Shown here piece by piece: positions 48,946 to 62,089 of a stretch of 64,000 nt of DNA. Each line of letters opens with the position of its first letter. Positions within the stretch are counted from its first letter, which is position 1. Under the pieces are notes generated by a model. That model ran no database searches and was not told where the DNA came from. It saw only the letters and a program-made list of their open reading frames with translations. The stretch is from Octopus sinensis (Eukaryota), in the NCBI RefSeq assembly GCF_006345805.1, contig NC_043002.1:72664001-72728000 (forward strand). The letters are read 5' to 3'. The translations under genes were made by a program, and so were the position numbers.

Positions 48946-50030
48946 TTGTGTGAATTCCCAAATGTAGAATACAAATTTGCAAAAGATTTCACAAAATTCA
49001 AAAAAATAAAGTTATGAAGGGTTATATGGGATGCTTAAACCACAATTCCACCAAACACATTTCTAGAGGCAAAGTTTAAACTTATGATAGAGTTCAAACC
49101 ATGTTTCTTTGAATGAAGTAAAGTAATGCTTTAAGAAACCAGAGGTTTTGTCAATATAATACAAGCATAGCATATCAAAACCAAATCTTTCATATGGAAA
49201 GTAAAACAAAACAAATGAAATTTTCGAAATTTTATTTTTGAATTTGTGAAGAGAGAAAGTATTAACAGACAAAAAATATAATTACTAAGTAACTACACTT
49301 TTGTAAGATAATAAAATATCATAAAACTAAATGAAAACATTTTAAATATGAATGTATGTGTAAAAGTAAATATCCATAAATGTATACATATTACATTTCT
49401 ATATGTAAGACTTAATTGGATTTAGATTCGACTTGTTTACAGTTTATGCGTTTGACTTGATTAGGTTGACCTGGGTACAGATAATATTATATCTATCTAT
49501 CTTTCTCTCTCTCTCTCTCTCTTTCTTTCTACACACACACACACATATTGTAAATTTCATTTTCACTGGGTCCTTTAAGTTTCACCAAATGGCATATTAT
49601 TCAACCTGTCCCAATCGAAATTAATTTTATAACCTTTGACTCTCACAATGTCTCTCACAATCAGTAAATGGTTTATTATTCTAAAGCTTACTTTAAAATA
49701 ATGACCTTAAATTAACACTTATACAACACACACACACGCACACATATATATATATGCAATAGACTCTAATACTGATTTTTGACAGATTTTCAGTAATTCA
49801 ATCAATAGAAATATGTACGCAGTGAATCAAAATATAAATCTGATGAATATTCAACAAACATATGCAGACATTTACCATATGTTCTTCAATCAGAATTAAT
49901 GTGATATTGTGAGAGACATGACTGGGATCTTCTATCACAAGTATGGTCTATTCAATGGAGTTCCACAGTTTCCATCTACTCAATTCATCATATATACATA
50001 TATGTGTGTGTGTGTGTGTGTGTATTTATG

Positions 50031-50086
<56 letters not shown>

Positions 50087-50094
50087 ATAATAAT

Positions 50095-50585
50095 AATCTT
50101 AGGGAATATTATTCCAAACTTACAAGGAGAAATTGAATTTAGTAATGCTAAATCAAATTTCACAATATATAATATACGCATATAAATTAGAGAAGAACCA
50201 ACCTTTTATCAATTCAACAATGAAATAACAATGATATAATTAAATTATACCATATAGAAAAAAATTATATATACAATAAAAACAATAAAAACATATACCA
50301 ATGATTAAGTAAATAAAGTATACAATAATAAATAAAAAGTATATAATTGGTAAAAGGAATTTAATTTATATAATATTTATAAAGTAGATATATATATAAT
50401 TTATATAATATTATATGAAGTATATAATTTACCAATTATATACTTTTTATTTATCATTGTATACTTTACTTAATTATTTGTATATATGATTTTTTTCTAT
50501 ATGGTATAATTTAATTATATCATTGTTATTTCATTGTTGAACTGATAAACACTTGGTTCTTCTCTAATCTATATACATATATATA
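50095..50585. repeat. AT-rich fold-back palindrome between (TA)n tracts
   Basis: 50181-50354 is the reverse complement of 50428-50573, apart from a ~25-bp indel. Confidence 0.85.
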
Positions 50586-51759
50586 TATGTTACAGAGTTA
50601 AGGCAGCTTTGATATGTATAATCGTGTTCATCTTTAATGTGATAGGACGGAACATTATTTATTATTTAGTAATTTTCTTTTACTGTGAAAATACTTTATA
50701 TTTTGTGAAAATGCATGAGAAGGTGCTTTTATTTTCATTAAGTTAATCCATGAGATAAAGGTGGAAATAATACTGCAGTGGAATTTGATAATCTGGTAAG
50801 AGATCAAGAATGAATAAGCTAGTAATCAACAATTCCTAAATAATTCAAATATCTCAGTGTGATAAATAAAGGTTTGATCTAATAGAACTGCTTAATAGAT
50901 CGCAAGTACTATTTACATCTGCGTGAGTACGAATGAATTGTTTGATCAGCAAACACATCCCCACAATTCATCTAATGACAGACAGATGCTATCAAGGAAA
51001 ATAAGAAAAGAAAAAGAGAAAAGCATTTGTGTCATAGCATAAATTAATATAAAAAAAAAGATTGAGGATTTTTGCTTTTAAATTTTAAGTGTGGAATGAT
51101 TATGTGCAACTGGACGGACTTAACAGATGGACGGTTACCATTTGCATGGTTGCTATGCATCCTCAGTTTCTCTACATTATCTCTATGCATCCTCAGTTTC
51201 TTCATATCTAGGAAAAAAGAAAAGAAATTTAAGTTGTATTGATATGGTATTACAATCATTTTTTTATTAAGAAAAATTAAAAGTTGATAACTCATTGTGC
51301 TCTAACTGAAGACTTCAATTTGAGGTGAGTACAGGTATGACTGTAATGAGGAAATTTGTAAACTTTGTGGCACATTGACCGAATGCTTTCTATCACAGCT
51401 TCTGTTTGACAGATTGGAATTTGGTAGACACAACCTAGGTAAAAAACTTATCACAAACGTATGTATGTGTGCATGCATGCACACACACACACACACACAC
51501 ACATACACACACATCAGTATTTTCATCACTATCTAATGCCTACTTTTCCATGTAGAGGCAGATCACCAACCCTTCCCTGTTTCCAAGCAAAGCAATATCT
51601 TGCCATCACAATATTCACTCTCAAACCTATCTTTGAGTTCTTTATTCTAAGCGGCCACGCATAGCTTCTTTTGAACATGTCACTCCCTGGAATTAATGAG
51701 TGAACGGCGGCGGTGGTGACGACAATAACAACAACAGTAATAAAAATAATAATAATAAT

Positions 51760-52290
51760 AATACTGTCAAGACCTACCAAATGTATCTGTCAAGGCCTAC
51801 CATTCATATGACTGTCCCAATCGATATAAACGTATCTGTCAAAACCTACCAAAAACTGAGCAAGTATAAAGATCTTGAAATAGAAATTAGCAAAATATGG
51901 AACCTAAAGACTAAAACAATACCTGTTGTTATAGGTGTCCTGGGAATGATAGCAAAAGGGGCTGATTGCTACATAGCTCAGATACCAGGAAAGCCCAAAA
52001 CAGCAGAAATTCAAAAGATAGTGCTCATGGGAACTGCCCATATCCTATGCAAAATACTTTCTATGTAATCTCAAGTCTTAAAACAAACATAATTTTCTTA
52101 TGGTTTCTTAAACATTCTCTAGAACAACAACACTATGTACAAAACCAAATATATGGCACCCTAGGCATAACACCAACATGAACTTCCAACTTATTGTCTC
52201 TTGAGGTCTCTGGGTGAGACTTGGAGCCAACTTGTACAAATGTAAAGCAAAAGTCAAACATAAAATAATAATAATAATAATAATAACAAT
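51760..52290 (+). mobile_element. R4/Dong-like LINE 3' end (restriction-like endonuclease + 3' UTR) in (AAT)n
   Basis: MTVPIDINV..KLSKYKDLEIEI..IPVVIGVLG..GTAHIL; (AAT)n on both sides. Confidence 0.85.
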
Positions 52291-52529
52291 AATCATCATC
52301 ATTTACCATCTGTCTTCCATGCTGGCATGGGTTGGACAGTAGCTAGTAAGCTAGAGGGTGGCACCAAACTCCTATGTATGTTTTGGCATGGTTTCTACAA
52401 CTTGTGAGTATATATCAGCTTCATCATTGTCATTTATATAACCACTTTTCCCATGTTGGAACAGGTTGGATAAAACTTCTTGAAGGAGTATTTTACAACC
52501 AGACCTCATTTCTAATGCTTTCTTTCTAA

Positions 52530-52880
52530 GTATAACACTTTCTGGCACCTGTGCTAGTGGCACGTGAAAAAACATTCAAGCGAAGTTGTTGCCAGTGCCA
52601 CTGGACTGGCTCCTGTGCAGGTGGCATGTAAAAAAATACAACTTGAACGTGGCCATTGCCAGTACTGCCTGACTGGCCCTCGTGCCAGTGGCACGTAAAA
52701 GCACCCACTACACTCTTGGAGTGGTTGGCGTTAGGAAGGGCATCCAGCTGTAGAAACTCTGCCGGATCAGATTGGAGCCTGGTGCAGCCATCTGGCTCGC
52801 CAGTCCTCAGTCAAATCGTCTAACCTATGCTAGCAAGGAAAGCAGATGTTAAACAAGGATGATGATGATGATGATGATCA
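52530..52880 (+). mobile_element. RTE 3' UTR fragment
   Basis: Tandem gtgccagtggcac units and tail. Confidence 0.85.
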
Positions 52881-53010
52881 AACCCAGTGCTCAACTGGTA
52901 CTTATTTTATCAAGCATAAAAGGAAGAAAAACAAAGTCAACCATGGCAGAATTTGAACTCAGAACATAAAGACGGATGAAATGCTCCTACCGATTCTGCC
53001 AGCTTGCCGC
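52880..53010 (-). mobile_element. SINE family B, decayed
   Basis: ctggtacttattttatc..aaagtcaacc..gaactcagaac. Confidence 0.8.
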
Positions 53011-53864
53011 CTTCATCTTGCTACAGATATTAATACATATAAACATATAAAAGATTCCAAATCTCTACTTGGGGATTTAAAATGTAATGCTTTTACAATT
53101 TTTTAGATTATATAGCAAGGGAGTATTTTTTTTAATATTTACATTTACCCTACCTTTCAAGTAGCTTGCTCGTTGATCATAATTAGATGTCTTATTTCTC
53201 TATATGCATTTATACGTAGTAACCAAACCGAATTGAACTAGAAACATTCGTTCCTAAACCAAATAGCATAATGGATAAGAGAGTTACTGCCCTTAGTTAG
53301 GACAAAGGTTGGATTACTGATGTACAGAATAAACAGATTGAAATAAAGAGTACATGAAACAATTGAGGTTTAGTCCATGCCAGTATGAAAAGCAGATATG
53401 ATGATGATTGTGATGGTGCAGGTAATGATGTTGATTGGGGTGGTCGTGATGTTTTTTTTTAAACGATAAACTCATCTAAGACGACAACAATTGCAGCGTG
53501 GAAGGTGTTTATAAGCCATTTAAGAAACACACAAAAACTATTAGATTCACTTCAACATTTCAATTTAAATTGTCAAAATATTTTCGTCGTTTTGAGACCA
53601 TGACCTGTTCACTGACAAAATTCAGTGCTGCATCATCTAAGACGTTTATTCTAAAGCTTGATACAATTAATTCAGATTTCCTCCTCCTCATCATCATCAT
53701 TTAATGCCCCCTTTTCCCTGATGACGTGGGTTGGACAGTTCAGCAAGAACAGACAAGCCAGAGGGCTGCACCAGGTCAGCTGTGGCATGGCTTCTACAGT
53801 TGGATGCACTTCTTAATGCATATAATTAATAGAACATTCATGGCTAGCATGTGAAGGCGCACTG

Positions 53865-54215
53865 CTCAGTGGTTAGAGTGTCAAGCATACGATTGTGAGG
53901 TTGTAAATTCAATTTCCAGACCGGGCTGCATGTTGTGTTCTTGAGCAAGACACTTTATTTCACGTTGCTTCAGTTCACTTGGCTGTAGAAATTAGTTGCG
54001 ACGTCACTGGTGCCAAGCTGTATCTGCCTTTGCCTTTCCCTTGGATAACATCGGTGGCACAGAAAGGGGAGGCTGGTATGCATGGGTAACTGCCAGTCTT
54101 CTATAAAAACAACCCTAGGTTGTGCGTTTGCCAGTGAGGCAACTTTCCACCCAGACTTGTACCTCGGAGGGGAGCCTCTTACGTGCACCCATGGTCATTC
54201 ATGACAGATGGAGTC
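53865..54215 (+). mobile_element. tRNA-derived SINE (family C)
   Basis: tgctcagtggttagag A-box, ttcaatttcc B-box remnant, cttgagcaagacactttatttcac core. Confidence 0.7.
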
Positions 54216-54499
54216 AAGGCTTTTTTTTTTTAATAGCTAGCATACATGACTTCCAGTGTGTTTTGATGAAAATGCTGAATACAACTTCAGGGACAGAATA
54301 TGTGTGTGAGCACCTCAATGACAAATGACACACTGTTGTTAAGAATAGTAAGACACAACTGTAAACTCCATAATGTAATGTGATGTGAACCAATAAGAAT
54401 ATTGTTGTATATTTCACTTCTGAGAGCGCAATTTCAATTGCTCTGGTTAATTCTGTAAAAGTGGACAACAACCTGTTGTTAAGGGTCTCACAAGGTCTT

Positions 54500-54975
54500 C
54501 TTCCACAATACTTAACATCCAAATTTTTCTTAATCCTTTTGCCCCTTGTGGAGCATAGGGTCTCAACAGTTGTTTTCCACTTTTTGCAGTCATTGGTGTG
54601 TTTCTTGGCTGCTTCCCATGTCAGTTCAGTGGTCCTGAGCTCATCCAAAATGCTCTGCTTTCATGTCTGCTTCGAGCGTCCTCGCTTCCTTCTCCCCTGC
54701 GGGTTCCAGTCAAGTGCTTGTCGTGTCACATTTGAGGGTTCTTTCCGCAGTGTGTGTCCGATCCATCTCCATTTCCTTCGTCTAATCTGAACATGTATGG
54801 GCTCCTGGTTGGCCCTTTCCCACAGGTCGGTGTTTGGCACTCTGTCGAACCACTTCTGCCCGGAGACATTTGTTGATGAAGGTCTGGATCTTCTTGTAGT
54901 TGCTGCAGGTGGATCGCCATGTTTCAGAGCCATACAAAAGCACAGATTTTACATTTGAAATAAATAAGCAGAGCT
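54500..54975 (-). mobile_element. RTE LINE 3' ORF end (third subtype)
   Basis: VKSVLLYGSETW, RRRKWRWIGHTLRK, ALDWNPQGRRKRGR. Confidence 0.88.
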
Positions 54976-55029
54976 GTCCCCAATAAAGCCATTTTCTGAG
55001 CAAGTCCTACCCTCGTGTGAATCCAAACT

Positions 55030-55320
55030 TCTCAAATCTGATTGTTAATGCCCCTAAAACCCTACAATTATTTGGATGACAGTTACTTTCTTCACTGCCA
55101 ACATTCATGCAATCCCATCTTTTAATAGCTCGTACTTCTCAATCTTTTCCAGTTCTTTATCATCCACATGTACACCCCCAGGTATGGCAATATCTATGAA
55201 CTCAGTTTCCTTTGTCATTTCATCAACAACAATGTCTGGTCTTCATGCATCTATCACTGAATAACACTGGATTGTAAAATTTCACTAGATTTTATACTCA
55301 ATATTCTCAGTGACATACCA
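55030..55320 (-). mobile_element. RLE endonuclease fragment (R4/Dong-like)
   Basis: RPDIVVDE..FIDIAIPG..DKELEKIEKY..L by manual translation. Confidence 0.7.
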
Positions 55321-55465
55321 TTTCAATGCTCTTTTAATGCCCTTTTAAGACTGTACTTCTCACACATTTGGAACTTGGTGTAATTACAATTCTATATTTA
55401 AGAGATGAGGAATTATGTATATTATTTACATTTGATGGATATTTGTCCTCATCTTGTTTGTTGTT

Positions 55466-55511
55466 AACACGACATTTCGGCTGATATACCCTCCAGCCTT
55501 CATCAGGTGTC
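55466..55511 (-). ncRNA. Minimal type-I hammerhead (HHR7)
   Basis: GACAC-CTGATGA-A-GGCTG/gagggtatat/CAGCC-GAAA-T-GTC-GTGTT; extra nucleotide after A9; stem III has no loop (AUGU, from ACGU), so it should need dimerisation. Confidence 0.75.
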
Positions 55512-55752
55512 TTGGGGAAATTTCGAACCCGGGTTCTCATTCCTAAGGATTTTTTCGATGTTGTTGTTATTGTTATTATTATTATTCAAGTCACTGCCTG
55601 GAATCGAATGCCATATGCCAAGGGCATATGGCGTAGTGGTTAAGAGTGCAGGCTACTAACCCCAAGATTCCGAGTTCGATTCCAGGCAGTGACCTGAATA
55701 ATAACAATAACAACAACATCGAAAAAATACCTTAGGTTCAAAATTTCCCCAA

Positions 55753-55797
55753 GACACCTAATGAAGGCTGGAAGGTACATGAGCCAAAACGTTTTAA
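55753..55797 (+). ncRNA. Degenerate hammerhead on the right arm (HHR8)
   Basis: GACAC-CTAATGA-A-GGCT..AGCC-AAAAC-GTT; G5 and G12 mutated to A. Confidence 0.55.
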
Positions 55798-56071
55798 TAA
55801 CAAACAAGATGAGGACAAATATCTGTCAAATGTAAATAATGTTGGTGTAATTAGTTTTCAAAGCTTGTTCCTGAGCACTACAAATCAATACCTTAGAGCA
55901 TCCTTTCAGATCACTTTCTTGAACCACCTCCAGTTGTTGGTCTTGTCTTCCACTTCCATTTCTCTGAGGTTTTGCCCATACATTGCTTACACTTTCCACT
56001 TGTTCAGTCTATGCTCTCAATTTGTTTATTAAATTCTTTTGGATGTGTCACATTTTCACTTATTATTATCA

Positions 56072-56116
<45 letters not shown>

Positions 56117-56117
<1 letters not shown>

Positions 56118-56340
56118 GGTGGCAAGCTGGCAGAATTGTTCACACACCAGGAAAAATGCTTAGCAGCATTTCATCCATTTTCACGTTCTGAACTCAAATT
56201 CTGCTGAGGTCAACTTTGCCTTTCATCCTTTAGGGTTGATAAATTAAGTACCAGTAAAACACCGGGGTCGATGTAATCAACTACTCCTGCCACCAAAACA
56301 ATTTCAGGACTTGTGCCTCCAGCAGAAAGGATTATTATTA
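56117..56340 (+). mobile_element. SINE family B after (ATT)n
   Basis: Complete head-to-tail copy, CpG-decayed. Confidence 0.88.
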
Positions 56341-57439
56341 TAACTGAAATAACAAAATTGATTCTGTCCCTGAAGTTGTATTTACCATCTTCATCAAAAC
56401 ATACTGGAAGTCATGGATGTTAGCCATTAATGTTCAATTAATTATATGCATTATAATAATAACAATGAAATTAGTGTATAGTGCTCCGGTGCACTACAAC
56501 TCATCAAAGGTTCATGTACAGTACATAGAATTATGTACAAAAGTTAGCTTTGGCATGGCTTCTTAGGAACAATGTGTATGTGTATGATTGTGCATGTGTG
56601 AGTGTGTCTGTAAGTGAAAGAGAGTTCACATGTGTATGTAGAAGAATACGTGTGCATGTATGAAAATGAAAGTTGACAGTCTAGAGTTTCACTGGTCACC
56701 ATCTGAGCAAAGCAGTGATATGTGTTGATATTCCTTGTTGATATAACAATCAGTCCCTCTACACTTTTGAAGACCAGGGGAAAAAATTCTTTATTTGAAA
56801 GATAAGTAAAGGTTGGCAACAAGAAGGGTATCCTGCTGCAAGATGTTGTCACAAATAGTCCTGTTCGAACCATGCTTGCAAGGGAAAATGGATGTTAAAA
56901 GAATGAACAAACATAGAAGAAATGGTTTTGTACAAAATTAATTAGGAAATGAAATAGCTTTATTCTTACTTTGATAATCTTTGCCTCAATTCTTTTATCT
57001 GCTCGTTTTTCTTCTGTAGCATTGATTTGAGATTTTTGAAAGGTGCTGTCTGGGATACCTTCTTCTCCATTTCCTGTAGACAGAATGGCAGTTGAAAAAA
57101 AAAGTAAAAAGCAAAGCAAAATTAATAAAAATTAAATTTATAGATAATAACAGCATTAGTGTTAACATATGCAACCCCTTTGTAACCAAGCTGAATGAGA
57201 TTAACCCTGGTTCTATAATACAAGTTTTTTAATTTTAAAATGATTCAAATTAATTCCTTCCATCAAAATTTCATGTTTGGACTTCACTTTGTAACCAGAT
57301 GGTAGTTTTATCTTACTGCATGACACTTTCAGCATGTGTCTTCTATTGTAGCCTTGGGCCAACCGATGGCTTGTGAGTGGACTGGGCAAATGGAAAGTGT
57401 ATGGAAACCTGCTGTGCATGTGTGTGTGTATGTTTGCAT

Positions 57440-57662
57440 GTGTTATAATGATTTTGAATTTTGGCACAAGGCTAGTAGTTTCAGGGAGCAGGTAAGTTAA
57501 TTACATCAATCTCAGTGGTCAACTGGTACTTATTTTATCGACCCAGAAAGGATGAAAAGTAAAGTCAACCTCTATGAAATCTGAATTCAGAACATAAAGA
57601 TGGACAAAATGTCACAAAGCATTTTGCCCAGTGTGCTAATGATTCTGCCAGTTTGCCACCTA
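57440..57662 (-). mobile_element. SINE family B, decayed
   Basis: Family blocks on the minus strand. Confidence 0.82.
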
Positions 57663-58127
57663 ATATTGAAAACACAACAATGTCCCAACTTATCTTTTTT
57701 TATTACAGCTTTTTCAAATCTGTATATCAAAACTTTATTGTTCATTTGAAACAATAAAGTACCTATATTCATATTTAGCACAATTTCCAGACTATCTCAG
57801 CCTCATCATAAGGATTTGGAGTGCTTTCAACTTCTTTATCTTTTTTATAGAAGGTGGCTTATGTTTATACAGACACCGCCCCTAGAATTTGTCCATCAGA
57901 ACATTAGGCTTTACTGCATCAGATTCACATTAGTGATGTATGTATGTTGCATGTTAATTATAGCCTTATATTGTGATATTAGTATTGTTTTCCTATTCAA
58001 TTGTCTATTTCTGTGGTGTATCCTATAAGGAATTTTCTGTTAATATTTTCCTATTTAGTTTTGTTCTATGGTGTGCAGTATAATGCTTCTATTAAAGCAG
58101 AATACTATTTTCTTTGTAAAACTCTCA

Positions 58128-58187
<60 letters not shown>

Positions 58188-59629
58188 TAAAACAGTTTGA
58201 TTTGGTTCTGTGCAACTTAAAGTTTCTATGGCCCCTTACAGGAGTCTCAGAAGGTAGGCTGCAATTGGTCAAGGCAGGTCACATGGTGTTGTGAAAGAAT
58301 ATTGTCAAAGAATATCAGATGCTTACTGAGCAACAGCAGTTCCATTAGAAAAAGGAATTTCTTTGACCCCCGTGGCTGGACAGGAGGCAGTATCTACATA
58401 TGACGTATATATGAAACAAGGTAAATAATGACAAATTCTTTTAGTATAAGGCAATTGTTTACCTTTTCAGCTAACTCCAACATTTCATTTACTTTCAGCA
58501 GTTCCTGTTTGGTATCAGAAAGATCAGATTCAACAGCCAGCAATTTCGGTTGTGTGTCTTTGTTCTGAAAATTTAAAGAAATGAAAACTTTTATTCAAAT
58601 GCTTCCTGGGACATTTTTCATTCCCAGCAACCAAATGTTTTTCTTCATTTTGTTTTTAACGTGTATAGTGAATTTATTTGCTTTGAATAATGAAATTCAT
58701 AGACTTATACATAGTTTTAAAAAGATACTATTCAGTACCATTTAAAAAATAAAATAATTCTAAGTGAAACCACATGGATTTATTTATGCAAAATAAATAT
58801 TTATACCATCATCAATTTTACATCGGCTTTTCCATTCATGCAGCATGAGTTGGAAATGTCAGCAATTGGCATAAGTGGCAGCAGCAGCATGGGTGGAGCC
58901 GCAATGGCAGTGGACTCGCAGTTGTAAGAACGCAGTTTCAATTCCCATTGTGAGTGTTTATTGAGCAAAAACACCTAAGCTCCACGAGGCTGTGGCAGGG
59001 AGGGGTGGTGAACCCCACTGTACTCTTTTACCACAACTTTCTCTCACTCTTTCTTCTTACTTCTGCCACAAAGCAGAGGAACCATGGTGTAATCCACTAT
59101 GGTGTGGTAAAACTTTCAGACCCTAGTCTAGATTGCGAATCCTCTGTACCCCAGGATGGTTCAGCTCTCCACCCGTTAAAAGCCACCGTTTATGGAATGA
59201 GGATAACAACGTAGCTTTCACGCCCGTGCAACCGCCAGTCTATCGCGTGTGGTGGGTGGATCTTCAAGTTGCCACACACATTCTTAGTAGCTTAGAGTAG
59301 GCTCAAATTAGAGATTATTCTTTGTGGCTAATGGTGTGAGTCCTGATTGGAAGAAGAAGCAGTAGCATGGTGATGGATGTGGTGATGCCACTGCCAATAC
59401 ACTGATGCTAACGCCAACAATGACAATGTATTTCTGTCATTTCTTTCAGTAAACTCAGAAATTGGTAAAATTACCGAAGTGTCAAATTCCCTTTGAACAG
59501 AATAAGCCTTGAAACAAATGTACATATGAAATAGCTTTCATTTTAATGAAATTCCACTCATCTCCATTTAGCTGCACATTCATTTCTTTTAACTTCAATT
59601 ATAAATCTGACATTTAAGTTACACAACTT

Positions 59630-59850
59630 CCCACTTTTTAGCATTTAAATAGACTGTATCCGATCAAATTTTCAACCTGTTTTATGTTGAAACTGGCCAG
59701 ATCCAGCCTCTTACACATAACCTACAGTGTAATTCTAAAAATAAACAAATACACCATCAGTCTTGAAGGTATGGGATAATGCATGAATAATCAAAACAAT
59801 GAATAAATAAGCGTTGCATTTGACAGAGTAATCCGAATGTTAAATGGTTA
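59630..59850. mobile_element. piggyBac-like MITE (second family), decayed
   Basis: ttttagcattt..gaatgttaaatgg|ttaa; right end retains TTAA. Confidence 0.5.
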
Positions 59851-60074
59851 AAATTCTTCAAATTGTCTTGTGTCAAAACAACTTTGTCTTCAAAAATTCC
59901 AAAACTATTTAAAAAAACAAACTATAAAAAAATTATTCAGAGTGGTACTCAGGCAGACAACCAGAATACTTCACTGTGGAATAGCAAGCAATTAAATTTC
60001 TTTCTTTTGTCACACAACTATTCAGCTAATCAGTCATTGAAATAATTGTTCCTGGTTTTGTTAATTATTTTAAT

Positions 60075-60355
60075 TAAAGTAATAAAGTATTACGGAGTCC
60101 TATGTAGGTGATTCTTAAAGTTTCAGAGGTGGTTTTGCAATCAAACATTGGCAATGAATCCCATAATACACCTTCAATACATTCAGTACAGACACTTTTA
60201 AGTGTACAGTGGATCCATTGTACAATATGGCAGTCCACCATTATAAGAGTTCCATCAGTTGCAGATATCGTTATATTTGCAAGAGGAATCCCCTTTGATT
60301 TAGAAAATTCTTCCTCAACAAGACATATAAACACTCCTTTAGTATCTGTTATAGG
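60075..60355 (-). pseudogene. hAT (Charlie-like) transposase fragment
   Basis: TDTKGVF..IPLANITISATDGT..IHC resembles the hAT TDGA..HC segment. Confidence 0.55.
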
Positions 60356-60750
60356 CACAGGAGTGGCTGTGTGGTAAGTAGCTAGCTTACCAACCACATG
60401 GTTCCAGGTTCAGTCCCACTGCATAGTAGCTTGGGCAAGTGTCTTCTACTATAGCCTCAGCCCGACCAAAGGCTTGTGAGTGGATTTGGTAGACGGAAAC
60501 TGAAAGAAGCCCGTTGTATATATGTATGTGTGTGTATATGTTTGTGTGTCTGTGTTTGTCCCCCACCACCATCGCTTGACAACAGATGCTGGTGTGTTTA
60601 CATCCCCGTAACTTAGTGGTTCGGCAAAAAGAGACCAATAGAATAAGTAGTAGGCTTACAAAGAATAAGTCCTGGAGTCGATTTGCTCAACTAAAGGTGG
60701 TGCTCCAGCATGGCTGCAGTCAAATGACTGAAACAAGTAAAAGAGTAAAG
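60356..60750 (+). mobile_element. SINE family A, full length (tRNA-like head, central microsatellite, LINE-like tail)
   Basis: ggagtggctgtgtggtaag..ggttcagtccca head; ggtgctccagcatggctgcagtcaaatgactgaaacaagtaaaagag tail. Confidence 0.92.
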
Positions 60751-62089
60751 GTCTGGCAAATAATGATAATAATAATAGCTGTTATTGCTATGATCATTTT
60801 AAAGTCCACTTTTTCATGCTCACACGGCTTGGATGGTATTCATTGAAGCAGATTTTCTATAGTCTGAGGCCCTTCCTGTTGCCAACTTCACCTGTTTCCA
60901 AGATAGGTAATATTTCTCCATATCCAGAAATATATGCATGGAAGATTATACATGAAAAGAAAGGCAGTGCATTTCGATAGAAATTTGGTAAGAAAAAGGG
61001 TTATATCAAGTTAAAACAAATTGCTTTTCAATATTTGTACAAACCTAAGCCACATGGCCCTGTATTTACTTGAGCTCTATTATAACTCATCTCATTATCA
61101 AAGAGTCCCACACAAGCCACTATTTAAATCTGCTCTCTACAACATCGAAATGCATAATAGCAAAAATACAAACCATCTGGAGTTCAGACTTCAAATCAGT
61201 CATTTGTTTTTCCAGGTCTTGGATGATCCCATCATCATCTGGTTTCTTAAAAAAAAAATTAAAAAAATTTTTTTTTAAAGTCATCATCATCATCAATGAA
61301 ATTTAAATTATTGCACCATAACAAAATTACCAATTAACAGATAACAATCAGGTACCGTAAGCCAATTTGAAAAATGAAAAATGTACTAGAATCTTTATCC
61401 CCTTCAAGCTTTAACATAACAACTGTGGGTGTTAGGTGCTTCATACATAAATTATGTATAGTGAAGTGAGTGATAGCATATTTGATATATTAAGTCAAGA
61501 AATTTAAATTATTAAAATTACATGTTTAATGATGTAAGCATTCATTTTCATAAAAGACTAATTCTGGTAAAAAAAAAAAAGAGGAAAACAACCGCTAAAC
61601 TATAAAACTACATATTGTATACAATAGGATATGAGACTGATGTTTAGCAGTATGTTGACATGTTTCAGTATTATTGAACCTCTTCAGCCAGCACTACATA
61701 GTTTAACTCATTAGTGCAGACCTTAGCTGACTAGGAGACACTTTCCACATCAGAGGTTCTTAATATGGGCAGTAACATCCCCTAAGGAAGAATGGGACAG
61801 TAAATGTCAAGGGGACATTATGGCTGTGGATGTTTAGAGCAGTCATGAGTTTACTTGGAAATTAAATATTTAAATCAAATACAATACTTATAGTTTAAAT
61901 GCATTTTCAAAAAAAAATCTTTGTTGTGCCTCATGATGCACCTAGCCCCAATGTAATTTCAACATATAAATCCTCACCTTCTTCAATTATTCATATAAAA
62001 CTTTAAGTAGCCCATGCAAATGAAGACCATACTGGATGATGATGATGATGATGATAATGATGGTGGTGGTGGTGGTGGTGGTCATCATC

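Larger units (their letters stand above)
55387..55841. mobile_element. Palindromic head-to-head tRNA-headed, hammerhead-tailed element
   Basis: Inverted arms around GCCATATGCC-aag-GGCATATGGC (55610-55632); A-box TGGCGTAGTGG (55629-55639) and B-box AGTTCGATTCC (55673-55683); hammerhead in each arm; 12-bp direct repeat TTGGTGTAATTA (55375-55386, 55842-55853). Confidence 0.85.

Noticed and set aside
57777-57815. Hammerhead-like ATGATGA-GGCT/gagat/AGTC-TGGAAA on the minus strand
   Set aside because: C3 is mutated, there are extra bases before GAAA, and no cleavage triplet or stem I; too degenerate to call.
58242-58420. Exon-like segment (cttacag acceptor, aag|gtaaat donor)
   Set aside because: Stops in all three frames; no recognisable protein.
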